A DNA stretch of 64,000 nt from Felis catus (lineage: Eukaryota), in NCBI RefSeq assembly GCF_018350175.1, contig NC_058368.1, positions 107,200,001-107,264,000 on the forward strand. Reading direction: 5' to 3'. Below, in pieces: positions 53,221 to 64,000 of the stretch (positions are counted from its first letter, which is position 1; each line of letters opens with the position of its first letter). The notes below the pieces were generated by a model. The model was not told where the DNA came from and searched no databases. It saw only the letters and a list, made by a program, of their open reading frames with translations. Position numbers and translations under genes: made by a program.

Positions 53221-53574
53221 GCCAACTTCCTTATGCCAGATGTGTTTTTATTTATATACATGGGTTGTATAATTGTTGGCTTTATTCCTGTTTTCAACTC
53301 AGTGTGCATTTCCAGAAAGATCTTGACAGTTTTTTTATGTTCGTGTGTCTTATATATGTTTTTATCTTAGCATGTATTACTACAGCACCTAACTTTAAAC
53401 ATTTTATACTTAGATTGCATAGCGTAAGTGGAGATTTTCATTATCTTTAGATCTGAGACAGAATCTCATTATTTGTACACTGTAGCCACAAAATTTTTGA
53501 CAGTTCTTTTCCAAAAGAAATTGGATTTTATTTGGAACAGCTTTTCTATTTTTATGTTATTTTATGCACCAAAA

Positions 53575-54138
53575 TATACATGACATTTACTTAAAATATA
53601 ATGCATCATAATAACATAAACATTTTTGAGCCCATCATCTAACTCAAGAACCAGATCATCAGCAGTAAGTGAGTCTATTTATTTCTTCTTATACTCATCC
53701 CCCTCTTTTGGCATAATATCCACTGTATTGGATCGGAGCTCATCTTTTTCCTGCTTTAAAAAAATTAGTTCTATCATGAGAGTATATATGCCTAAAAACT
53801 GTATTAATGAATACATTAATTAACCATTTGATTAATTATGTTATTGAGCTTTATAAAATGATGTCACTGTATAGAGACTTCTGGGGCTTGCTTTTATTAC
53901 TGAGCATTACTTTTCTAAAGATTCATTCATGTTATTTTGCATCATTATCGCTCCTTAATTTTTACTATCACGTAATATACCATAGCTTACCTACCTATTT
54001 TTCCCTTTATTTTGGGGGGAAGGAGAGTGGGTTGTTTCACTTTTGATTTCAAGGTCTTTGTTGTACTTGTTCTCCTGTTGCAAACGGTATCATGATGAAC
54101 ATTCTTGACAGCCTGCTAGCAGTGAGAGTTCTCTAGGG
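53575..54138 (-). mobile_element. Old L1ME-type fragment (left part of nest)
   Basis: agattcattcatgtt...tgggttgtttc...atgatgaacattcttg...gagagttctctaggg. Confidence 0.7.
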
Positions 54139-54704
54139 CACTGCTTCGCAAACTTTGTTGAATAATCACTTTTGTTTTTCTTGTTTAGTTGTCTTATTTC
54201 CAATACTTCAAAGATTTAAAATATCCTGTGTAAGAGACAGAGGGAGAGGGAGAAGACAACAAAAATTATTTCTTTTAAATGAAAAAAGACGTAAAAGCCA
54301 TTCCTAATTTTGGGGTCACATTTAACAGAGGTGAATTACTCGGTTGAAGTAATTTATTCTGTGCCTCTTTTTTTCATTATTTTATTAATTTTTTTCATCT
54401 TGACTAGGGTACTCTTTCATCTCTATCCACTACTTCCCTCATTCCCCCCACCTGCCTCCCCTCTGGTAACTATCAGTTGGTTCTCTATGGTTAAGAGTCT
54501 GTTTTTTGCTTTATCTCTCTCTCTCTTTTTCTTTTCCTTTGCTTGTTTTCTTTCTTAAATTCCACATATGAGTGAGATCATATGGTATTTGTCTTTCTCT
54601 GACAGACTTATTACACTTAGCATTATACTCTCTAGCTCCATCCATGTCATTGCAAATGGTAAGGTCTCATTCTTTTTTTTTTTTTTTTGTCTGAATAATA
54701 TTCC

Positions 54705-54706
<2 letters not shown>

Positions 54707-54797
<91 letters not shown>
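54707..54797. repeat. (TG)n(TA)n compound microsatellite inside L1
   Basis: Direct reading. Confidence 0.95.
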
Positions 54798-54799
<2 letters not shown>

Positions 54800-56603
54800 C
54801 ATCTTCTTTATTCATTCATCAGTTGATGGACATTTGGGCTGTTTCCATAGTTTGACCATTATAAATAGTGCAGTAGTAAACATAGGGGTGTGTTAGTGTT
54901 TTTGTATTTTGGGGGTAAGTACCCAGTAGTGAGATTTCTGGATCATAGGATAGTTCTATTTTTAATTTTTTTGAAGAACCTCCATACTGTTTTCCACAGT
55001 GGTTGCACCAATTTGCATCCCCACCACCATTGCAAGAGGGTTCCCTTTTCTCCACATTCTCACCAATACTTGTTTCTTGTGTTTCAAGTTCAGCCATTCT
55101 GACAGGTGTGAGGCAATAGACAACTCATTGTAGTTTTGATTTGCACTTCCCTAATGATAGTGATGTTGAGCATCTTTTCATGTGTCTGTTGTCCATCTGT
55201 ATGTTTTCTGTGAAGAAATGTCTCTTCATGTCTTCTGCCCATTTTTAAATTGGATTATTCATTTTGGGGGTGTTAAGTTTTAGATGTTCTTTTATATTTT
55301 AGCTACTAACCCTTTATTGGATATGTCATTTCCAAATATCTTCTTCCATCCAGTAGGTTGCCTTTTACTTTTGTTTTAGGAGACATATCTAGAAAGATGT
55401 TGCCATGGATGATGTCAAAAGAGATCACTGCCTATGCTCTTTTCAAGGATTTTTATGGTTTCAGGTCTCACATTTAGGTCTTTTATCCATTTTAAGCGTA
55501 TTTTTACCTATGGTGTAAGAAAAGTGGTCCAGTTTCTTTTTTTTTTTTTTTTTTTTGCATGTGGCTGTCCAGTTTTCTCAGCACCATTTATTGAAGAGAC
55601 TGTGTTTTTCCCACTGGATAGTCATTCTTCCTTTGTTAAAGATTAATTTCATAACTGTGGTGTATTTCTGAGTGTTCTATTCTATTCCGTTGACCTATGT
55701 GTCTGGTTTTTCGCCAGTACTATACTGTTTTAATTACCACTGCTTTGTAATATGATTTCGAATCAGGAATTGTGATACTTCAGTTGTGTTTTCCTTTTTC
55801 AAGATTGCTTGGCTATTTAAAGTCTTTTGTGACTTTATACAAATTTTAGTATTGTTCTAGTTCTGTGAAAAATGCTGTTGGTATTTTGATAGGGATTACA
55901 TTAAATCACTAGAATGCTTTATGCATTTTAACAATAGTTGTTCTTCCAAACCATGAGCATGGAATGTCTTTCCATTTCCTTGCATCCTCCTGAATTTCTT
56001 TCATCAGTGTTTTATAGTTTTCAGAATACAGGTCTTTCACCTCTTTGATTAAGTTTATTCTAGGTATTTCGTTGTTTTGGTGCAATTGTAAATGGGATTT
56101 TCTTCTTAATTTCACTTTCTGCTGCTTCACTATTGGTGTATAGGAATGCAACAGATTTCTTTGTGTTGATTTTGTATCCTGTGACTTTATTGAATTCATT
56201 TAGCAGTTCTAGTAGTTTTTTGGTAGGGTTTTTGGATGAGTCTTTAGGGTTTTCTATACATAATATCATGTCATCTTCATAGTGAGAGTTTTATTTCTTC
56301 TTTACTAATTTGGATGTCTTTTATTTCTTTGTGTTGTCTAATTGCTGTGGCTAGGACTCCAAGTCCTATGTTAAATAAACGTGGTAAGAGTGGACATCCT
56401 TTCTAACCTCAGGGTAAAGCTCTCAGTTTTTCTCCATTGAGTATGATGTTGGCTATGAGTTGTTCATATAAGGCCTTTATTATCTTGAGATATGTTCCCT
56501 CTAGACCTACTTTGCAGAGAGTTTTTATCATGATGATGTACTTTGTCAAATGCTTTTTCTGCATGTACTGAAATGATCTTATGGTTTTAATCCTTTTTCT
56601 TAT

Positions 56604-56800
56604 CTTTCTTTTGTTTTTTGTAAGATTTTTTGAATTTATTTTAAGAGAGAGAGAGAGAGAGAGAGAGAAAAAATCCCAAGCAGGTTCCACACTGGCAGCA
56701 CAGAGCTCTATGCAGGACTTGAAGCCATAAATTGTGAGATCATGACCTGAGTGGCAACCAAGAGTTGGGCACTCAACCAGCTGAGCCACCCAGGCACCCC
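56604..56800 (-). mobile_element. Can-SINE in L1 ORF2
   Basis: TSD atccttt(t/c)tcttat. Confidence 0.93.
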
Positions 56801-57072
56801 TATCCTTTCTCTTATTAATGTGATGTATCATGTTGATTGTTTTAGCACTATTGAACCATCCTTGTATCCTGGGCATAAATCCCACTTAGCTGTGGTGTGT
56901 GATTTTTTAAAATATATTGTTGGATTCGGTTTGCTAATGTTTTGTCAAGTGTCTTTGCGTCAATATTCTGAGACATATTGGCCTGTAGTTCTCTTTTTTC
57001 TGGTGTCGTTATTCTGTGCCAATCTTATTGCAGACAGTAAAAAAGTTTGAGGACACACTTTGAGAAGCCCTG

Positions 57073-57500
57073 CCTTATAGTCTTAGAAATCGACTTGCCA
57101 TAGGGTTATACTTGGCCAGGTAATGAAAATTGTTTCTAAATCACTGTCTTGGCTTACACTCCCAGCAGCAGTGTATAGGTCCCTGTATCATCCAATCATC
57201 ACTGATATTTTCTGGCTTTTTACTATTTGCAGGTTGGATAAATATAAATGATTTTTTACTGAGGTTTCATTGCATTTCCCTGACTACTTTTGCAGGCGAC
57301 ATCTTTTCAAAATTTACTGACCATTCATGTTCTTCTTGTGTGAAATGTCTGTGTCTTTTGCCTGTTTTTCTGTTGATTTGGTTATTTGTGTGTGTGTGTG
57401 TGTGTGTATGTGTGTGTGTGTGTACTATATGCTAAATTTGTGCCAGCTGTATGTACTGTAAATATCTTTTCCCAGTTTGTGACTTTCCTTTTCACTTTAG
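57073..57500 (-). mobile_element. Old L1ME-type fragment (right part of nest)
   Basis: ttacactcccagcagcagtgtatag...ttgcatttccctgact...tgtgaaatgtctg continues the left piece in the expected order. Confidence 0.7.
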
Positions 57501-57721
57501 AGGCAAGTTTCACTGCATCAAAAAATATTTGTGCTTATACTTCCTCAAATTTTATGAGAAGACGTAAGGTATAGATGGTATTGTAGCTATGTCTATGCAT
57601 TCCATAAGATGGACACTTTGGACATGTTTAAAGAATATTAATGTAGGCATGATAGTATTTTTTTCTGTTTAGCAAATGAGGAAGCTTGGGCTCAGAGACA
57701 GAACAAATGGGTCCTTGATAA

Positions 57722-57728
57722 GTGTGTG

Positions 57729-57765
<37 letters not shown>

Positions 57766-57957
57766 ATACACACATATGATATATATATATATCATGTGTG
57801 TCATATATAATCATGCATCCATATATATATACACATGTATATGTACATATACATGTGTGTATATATATACACACATATATATATACACACACATATATAT
57901 ATATATACACACATATATATATACACACATATATATATATATATACACACATATATA
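57722..57957. repeat. Complex (CA)/(TA) microsatellite
   Basis: Alternating purine-pyrimidine blocks such as acacatatatatat. Confidence 0.95.
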
Positions 57958-59715
57958 TCTTTTTGATTCCTTTATTCCGTTGCAAATTCAAAATATCAGG
58001 GAAATGGATAATCCAACTGTTCCATATAATAACGTGAAGATATACCACAAAATGACAAGTAAGGACTGGTGAATGCATTGTATAACTAGAAAAAGAATGT
58101 TGAAATTCCCATGGTGTCATCACTTCTTTAAGACTTAGGTTTGAAAGAAGATATGAGAGGAGGCTGTAGAACCAGTAATAAAGTGGGTTTTCCCCCTTTT
58201 ATCTTTGATGAAACACTTCCTTTCCAACTGACAAGTTGTTTTTATTTCTTTCTAAATATTCCTAACATTTCCTCCTCAAAGATAAGAAGTTAGAGCAGGA
58301 AAAAAGAAAGAAAGAAAGAAATCCCACAGAGATCTCTGTGGGTCTCTGAAAGACAACAATAAGAGAATATCGTCAGAATTGTTTATTAGGAAACCTTTTA
58401 ATATAGATATCCTTTTGAAGGTCTTGCTAATTACCCTGAGTACACGTTTGCTCTTTTCCTGGGATAGTGGTTCCATTTTATTGGCTGTGATAAAGCAGAA
58501 TGCACAAATGGCCTGTGCATTCTGAACATGCTAAATCATTTCCTTGTCTTGCTGGAGAGACTTAGATTTGCATAACTACATATTTTGTTAAAATAAAGTT
58601 ATTTTCTTGACACTCTTCTCCCTCCCATTTAGAAAATCGATTAAATGCTTACACTTAGACTTCATCTTAATCACTGCTGATCTATACAGATAGCATGATG
58701 TGTGAAGGAAATAAGTTTTGAGATTTTAAAATACTCCATAATTACATGTGAATTTTGAGGCAAAACTAAGCTGAACAACTGAAATTACGTGGGGGTCATA
58801 TGTAAAAATGTCAGGGGAGTTATAGATTTCTTTAATAAAATGTGTTCAGTGTTCAACATTTATTAAACTACCCCTGTATACAGGGCTTTGGGTTATGTGC
58901 TAAGGAAACATATACCTTAACTCATCAAAAACTTATACATGAGGAGGAAAAAAATAATGAACTATTATATTTTGATTTTTTATTTCTTTCAATGAGCAAA
59001 AAGTACTCTAGAGTGAAAGATTCATTTGATATGCACAGAGTATTTTCTAGGGATTATTTTCAAGGACAAGAATGTATTTTTACCAAAAGAGTCACTGTTG
59101 TTAAAAAGTATATATTATTTTGATGATCCTTACATATGTCTAAAGTAAATGTGAAATGGCCTTGGTTGGCATTTAACTTGTACAGAAATGGTAGGTACCT
59201 CTATGATGAATCACCAAAGTATGTTCTAGGGATGGAAACCAATAGAAAGACCCAAATGTATTGTCTCTGAATTGAAGCGTGTATTTCAGTGCCAAAAGCC
59301 TAATAAGCCTGAAAATGACTGGTATAACTTCAAAATTCTTAGGGTTTTCTTATCTTCCACTGGCCCCAAACAATGCTTAATGTTCAAAACCGTTACCTAC
59401 CTTCATTCTTTCTGCATTTTTTCCCTTACACACTCCCTTTATCCCTCCTCTACTCTTTATATAAAACTGATTTTAAAAAAAAATCAGTGTTCTCAGTGTA
59501 ATGTCTCTTTTTACTGAAAAATCATAGGCATTTAGGTCTGAAGGCAAAATTAGGGTCTATAGGTGTTGCTGTAGATGCTTCTGGCACACAAGCAGGGATG
59601 GAGAACTTGTCACATCCTGTGGTTTGCCATACTATTTCATGCATCCAAAACATGTCTCCCTACAACTCTTTCCCATCATCAGTCCTGTGAAACCACACAG
59701 CAAGAGTTAATTCTT

Positions 59716-59933
59716 GGGGCACCTGGGTGGGGGAGTCTATTAAGTGTCCGACTCTTGATCTCGGCTCAGGTCATGATCTCACAGTTCATGACTTTGAGGC
59801 CCACATCGGGCTCTGTGCTGATGACATGGAGCCTGCTTGGGATTCTGTCTCTCCTTCGCTCTGGCCCTCCCCAACCTGTGCACTGTCTTTCTCTCTCAAA
59901 AGAAATAAATAAACATGAAAAAATAGTAAAAAA
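59716..59933 (+). mobile_element. Can-SINE (older subfamily)
   Basis: Degenerate TSD aagagttaattctt (59702-59715) / aggacttaattctt (60170-60183). Confidence 0.93.
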
Positions 59934-59940
59934 GACTTAC

Positions 59941-60169
59941 TTTTTTTTTAATTTTTTTTCAACGTTTATTTATTTATTTTTTGGGGGACAGAGAGACACA
60001 GAGCATGAACGGGGGAGGGGCAGGGAGAGAGGGAGACACAGAATCAGAAACAGGCTCCAGGCTCTGAGCCATCAGCCCAGAGCCTGATGCGGGGCTCGAA
60101 CTCACATACCGCGAGATCGTGACCTGGCTGAAGTCGGACGCTTAACCGACTGCGCCACCCAGGCGCCCC
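59941..60169 (-). mobile_element. Young felid SINEC, tail-to-tail with the previous SINE
   Basis: Diagnostic young-subfamily bases; a(a/g)gactta on both flanks. Confidence 0.96.
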
Positions 60170-60709
60170 AGGACTTAATTCTTCTTACAATGACTCCTCA
60201 GATATGTGAAGATTATCGTGATCTGCTAAGTTTTCTCTTTTCCGGCTACATATTTCAATATTCTTAGTATTTCTTCTTGGTCTTGAATCATTTCACCATC
60301 CTGACCCTTTTCTCCGAAGTGGTCTATTTTATGGATAAAAAAACTTAAATGCCAACAAGAATTGGGGTAGTAACACAAATCTGTGAATTCAACTGGAAAG
60401 ATGTCAGAAATGTTGCATATTGTACATTTAGGAATGCTTCCATACCATTAGAACTATTCTGTCTTCTTTTTTATTAGCATGTAACTAGATCAATTATTTG
60501 TTTTCCCACTTTTAGTTGAGACAAGTTAGAAGACTTTATCAAGTTTCCACTTAAATCTGGCATATGGAAAAATGCAGCAGTACCAACATGATGTCCAGGG
60601 TCATTGACATTTGGTTACAGTTGCAGAAGACAATAGGTTACCCAGCAACTGTACCATCTGGAGACAGAAGTCACACACAACCTGAGTAAACAAGGACTGC
60701 TCATTTCAA

Positions 60710-60957
60710 CTAGAGGGTTGCCACGTGGCAGCATGGATCTGACGTGTTACAGCTTCTGCCTTCAAGTCAGCCTGGAAATTTGTTTTTGTATTCTTGTTTG
60801 CTTGCCTTTTTGTGCAAAATTTTCTAATTTGTAGAAGTCAGTAGTAAACTTAACAAAAAGAAAGAAAGGAAAAAGTCTCTGTATATCAATACTGTGCTAG
60901 CCAAGCAAAACACATGAATACATCTGTAGGCCAGACATGGCAGGTTTGTAACTCCTG
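60710..60957 (-). mobile_element. MER102-like hAT MITE
   Basis: gccaagcaaaacac...atctgtaggccaga...gtttgtaactcctg. Confidence 0.55.
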
Positions 60958-61650
60958 CTTACCAACCACTGCTTCCAGATGTTGTTTTTAGAACTGAAGC
61001 TCATTTGGCAGAAGTGTGGAGCCAAAGAGGCACAGCTGGGCTGAGGAGGCCGTGCAAGGGCTGAGCCAGGACCAGGTGCCAGGACACATCTAGATGAGCC
61101 AAGGGCAGCATCTCCTTAGGAGTCTGGTGACAGGCTGTGGCCAAAGGTGACATAGTCTGTCAGCAGCACTAAGGAGGTCTCACAACTACCTAAACATGAG
61201 CAGGCTTTACCTGAAAGGCTTGTGCAGCAAAGAAGGGCTCCATAGAAGCCCAGGTAATGGGCATAGCTTAGAGATAGGGAATTTAGAGGCAGTCGGCCAG
61301 GGAGAAATTATGAAAGTGATACAGTTTTCAGGGCAGAAGTAGGTTACCAGGAAGGCAAGACGGAGAGCGGGTAATAGAACAGCAAATCAAGTCTGATTTG
61401 GTGCTGAACTATTAGCCGAGGCCCTTACATTCCTTATACCCAGAAATAGGATTGGTTCCAGAGCTGAGAGTGAGGCTGCACCTGGCAGGTAGAAGGTGAG
61501 GGATGGGGTGCAGGTGACAAAGTGGAGGGCAGGGCAAACATAAGTGTGGTAAACAAAGATTTTTTTAAAAAGTGCTCTGTTATCACAGAGGCAATTTTAT
61601 TCTTTACCTAAAAACCCTAGGATTAAAGATAATTTGAAATATGCAAATAG

Positions 61651-61700
61651 GTGTGTGTGTGTGTGTGTCTGTGTGTGTGTCTGTGTGTGTGTCTGTGTGT
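61651..61700. repeat. Interrupted (TG)n microsatellite
   Basis: Direct reading. Confidence 0.9.
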
Positions 61701-63047
61701 ATCTTCACTTTTATTAAAGTAGAGCAATGATGAAACTATCAAAGGAAAATATCTTGATTCAGCCAAGGCTAGAGTTTTTATATATATGAGACATATAAGA
61801 TATATATTATATAATCTTCCTAGCCTATAAATGCTATATATCAAATAACTTATATATATAAATTTAAAGCCTACATATGTATATTTATATTCCTAAAACA
61901 GAATTCCTTGAAGAGAAATTTTTGTATGCAAGATCTCTAGTACATCTTCTTGTTCTTTCTCCCTTGACGAAGCTTTAAAAAAATTAAAAATGAGGTTCAC
62001 ATAAGAAAATCAGAGATTCTGGAGAAAGGTGGGCCTTTAGGGAAAGGAATCCTGGATCAAAGATCTCTATTGCAGCTGTAATTCCAAAACTTTTCTTGTA
62101 TAATGTTTTATCTTTTCCTTAGGAAGTCAAACAAGGAGGACTATCACACCCTAGCTATTTTTGAATGGAATATGCCTCAAAAATTATACAAGGTTCGTTA
62201 TATGTAATTATCTGTTCTCCAGAGGTAGACAGGAAGGGCGTTCTAGGAACTTTTACAACATTTAAAAATCACATTCATCTACCCATGTGGATAAGAACCA
62301 AAATATAATAACCAAAAATCAGCTGTTTTCATAATTACAGCTAATATTGATAATCCTTGTAAGATTCTGAAATCAACTGTATGAAAAGAAAAAGAAAGTA
62401 GCCTAAAGAAAAGTCTGGAGGGCCGTACTGCATCACTGAGCATATACCTAGTCTGGTATAGCATATGGTGTATATTGGTACTTAATTAGTATTTGTTGAG
62501 TGAATGAATGTTTCACAGTATGGAAGGTGGTTTAAGGTCTTCTAAGAGAGAGGTAAATGAAATTTCCCTCTTAATCTGTGCTTATGGGAGATGCATTTTT
62601 CATAAGAATGATGATTAATAATAGGATTAGAAGATTTTGTTTCATGGTGAAAAAACTTTCTGAGGTCAGCGTTTGTTTATTTTTACTTACAAACCCCAAA
62701 AGGGTAGACTAGTACATATTAAAATATTAACTGTTAAATCGTGGTCATAAATTTTTAAGGAACTATCTTTTGGGGAGCAATCTTATGTAATATGTATAAA
62801 ATGGATCGTTGTAGCCAATTTGGCTACATTTCATAATCATTGGCATAGATAATATAGAGATAATAGAGGCCACATGGGAAATAATCCCTTCATCTGCTTT
62901 AGCAGTCAGCAAGAGATAGCTAAAATAGTGATGAATTATAAGATAATGATGTATTAACTCAAGAGCTGATACAGTTCCTGCAGGTTGGACCTGAATCCCT
63001 TTTGTTCAAGTAGAGCAGTGATGAGACTATCAAAAGAAATCTATCCA

Positions 63048-63270
63048 GGGGCATCTGGGTGGCTCAGTCAGTTGGGCATCCAACTTCAGCTCAGGTCATG
63101 ATCTCACAGTTGGTGGGTTCAAGCCCCACGTCAGGCTCTATGCCAATAGCTCAGAGCCTGCTTCCTCCAATAGCCTGGAGCCTGCTTCCGATTCTGTGTC
63201 TCCCCCACTCTCTCTGCCCCTCCCCTGCTCACACTGTGTCTCTGTCTGTCTCTCAAGAATAAATAAAAAT
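63048..63270 (+). mobile_element. Can-SINE with internal duplication
   Basis: TSD aaaagaaatctatcca (63032-63047, 63531-63546); repeated ccaatagc...gagcctgcttcc at 63143-63189. Confidence 0.95.
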
Positions 63271-63271
63271 G

Positions 63272-63492
63272 GGGGCGCCTGGGTGGCGCAGTCGGTTAAG
63301 CGTCCGACTTCAGCCAGGTCATGATCTCGCGGTCCGTGAGTTCGAGCCCCACGTCAGGCTCTGGGCTGATGGCTCAGAGCCTGGAGCCTGTTTCTGATTC
63401 TGTGTCTCCCTCTCTCTCTGCCCCTCGCTCGTTCATGCTCTGTCTCTCTCTGTCCCAAAAATAAAATTTAAAAAAAAAATCTTTAAAAAAAA
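63272..63492 (+). mobile_element. Young felid SINEC inserted in the A-tail of the previous SINE
   Basis: Perfect 17-bp TSD aagaataaataaaaatg (63255-63271, 63493-63509). Confidence 0.97.
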
Positions 63493-64000
63493 AAGAATAA
63501 ATAAAAATGTTTTAAAAAATTTAAAAAAAGAAAAGAAATCTATCCAAAACAGTGTGATTCTTCCAAGGCTAGTAATTGATTGGATCAGAGTTCCCTTAGG
63601 CAAGACACATGGGAAATAACCTTGAAGAGAGAAGTCCAGATAACAGTAATTGATGATGTTTCCCATTTTTTGAGGTTCAGAAGCTCAGAGCAAGCTGTGT
63701 GGGCTCTATCATACTTCAACAGGACACTGAATTCTTTGAGTGAGCTCCTGGTTAGAATAAATATGATAACTTTACATCTTGAAACTGAAACCTAGGTAGC
63801 TGGTACAGCAGAAAGCTGTTAATCATAAGAGATGAGCGTTAACTAACACTTCATTAGAAGATCTAAACAAGATCTAATTATTTTTAGAATAATTGCTGTT
63901 TTACGTTCAAGAGGTTTTCTTCTGTCCTGCTATTGGGAACATGTGGCTGCCCTCTGAGTTATTACAACAGAATATGAAACCATGCAGTTACACTCTGATT

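Larger units (their letters stand above)
54366..57008 (-). mobile_element. 5'-truncated carnivore L1
   Basis: ORF2-like peptides ([51 protein letters not shown]), 3' UTR and T-rich tail; perfect TSD ttattctgtgcc (54354-54365, 57009-57020). Confidence 0.95.
54139..57072. mobile_element. hAT-Charlie MITE (~280 bp) split by an L1 (pieces 54139-54365 and 57009-57072)
   Basis: Degenerate Charlie-type TIRs cactgcttcgcaaact and cacactttgagaagccctg. Confidence 0.6.

Noticed and set aside
57692..58123. 143-aa and overlapping Y/I/H/T/V/C-rich ORFs
   Set aside because: Translations of the (CA)/(TA) microsatellite
59575..60087. Longest ORF in the track (170 aa)
   Set aside because: Reads through two opposed SINEs; no recognisable domain
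59..63262. Recurrent ORF peptides such as AQVMIS...GSVLTAQSLEPASDSVSPSLSAPP suggesting a dispersed gene family
   Set aside because: All are translations of Can-SINE bodies, mostly opened at GTG/TTG starts
46..63492. tRNA-like A/B box sequences
   Set aside because: They are tRNA-derived SINE heads, not tRNA genes
1..64000. Host-gene strand inferred from L1/LTR orientation bias; prokaryotic-type systems (CRISPR, operons)
   Set aside because: Orientations are mixed; there is no repeat-spacer array or gene-dense segment, and the DNA is clearly mammalian

Overview
AT-rich mammalian non-coding DNA (large intron or intergenic). The tRNA-derived Can-SINEs carry felid-type diagnostic bases, so the source is a felid (domestic cat or a close relative). 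I found no credible host protein-coding exon, RNA gene or CpG island; the ORF track is explained by SINE, L1 and microsatellite sequence or by chance. The window holds about 29 Can-SINEs (many with readable TSDs), a decayed near-full-length + strand L1 (~2.0-9.5 kb), a 5'-truncated - strand L1 (54.4-57.0 kb), several L1 3' fragments, a 555-bp solo LTR with a perfect 6-bp TSD, and old MIR, L2 and hAT MITE fossils. I see no support for a new biological system. The most notable structures are: a ~120-bp locally templated insertion with microhomology junctions (36.5 kb copied to 38.1 kb); the class II-like solo LTR; an ultra-short L1 with a possible 3' transduction; a four-level TE nest; two tail-to-tail inverted SINE pairs; and several perfect palindromes. 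Repeat family names come from recalled consensus motifs, not from a search, and boundaries of old repeats are approximate.
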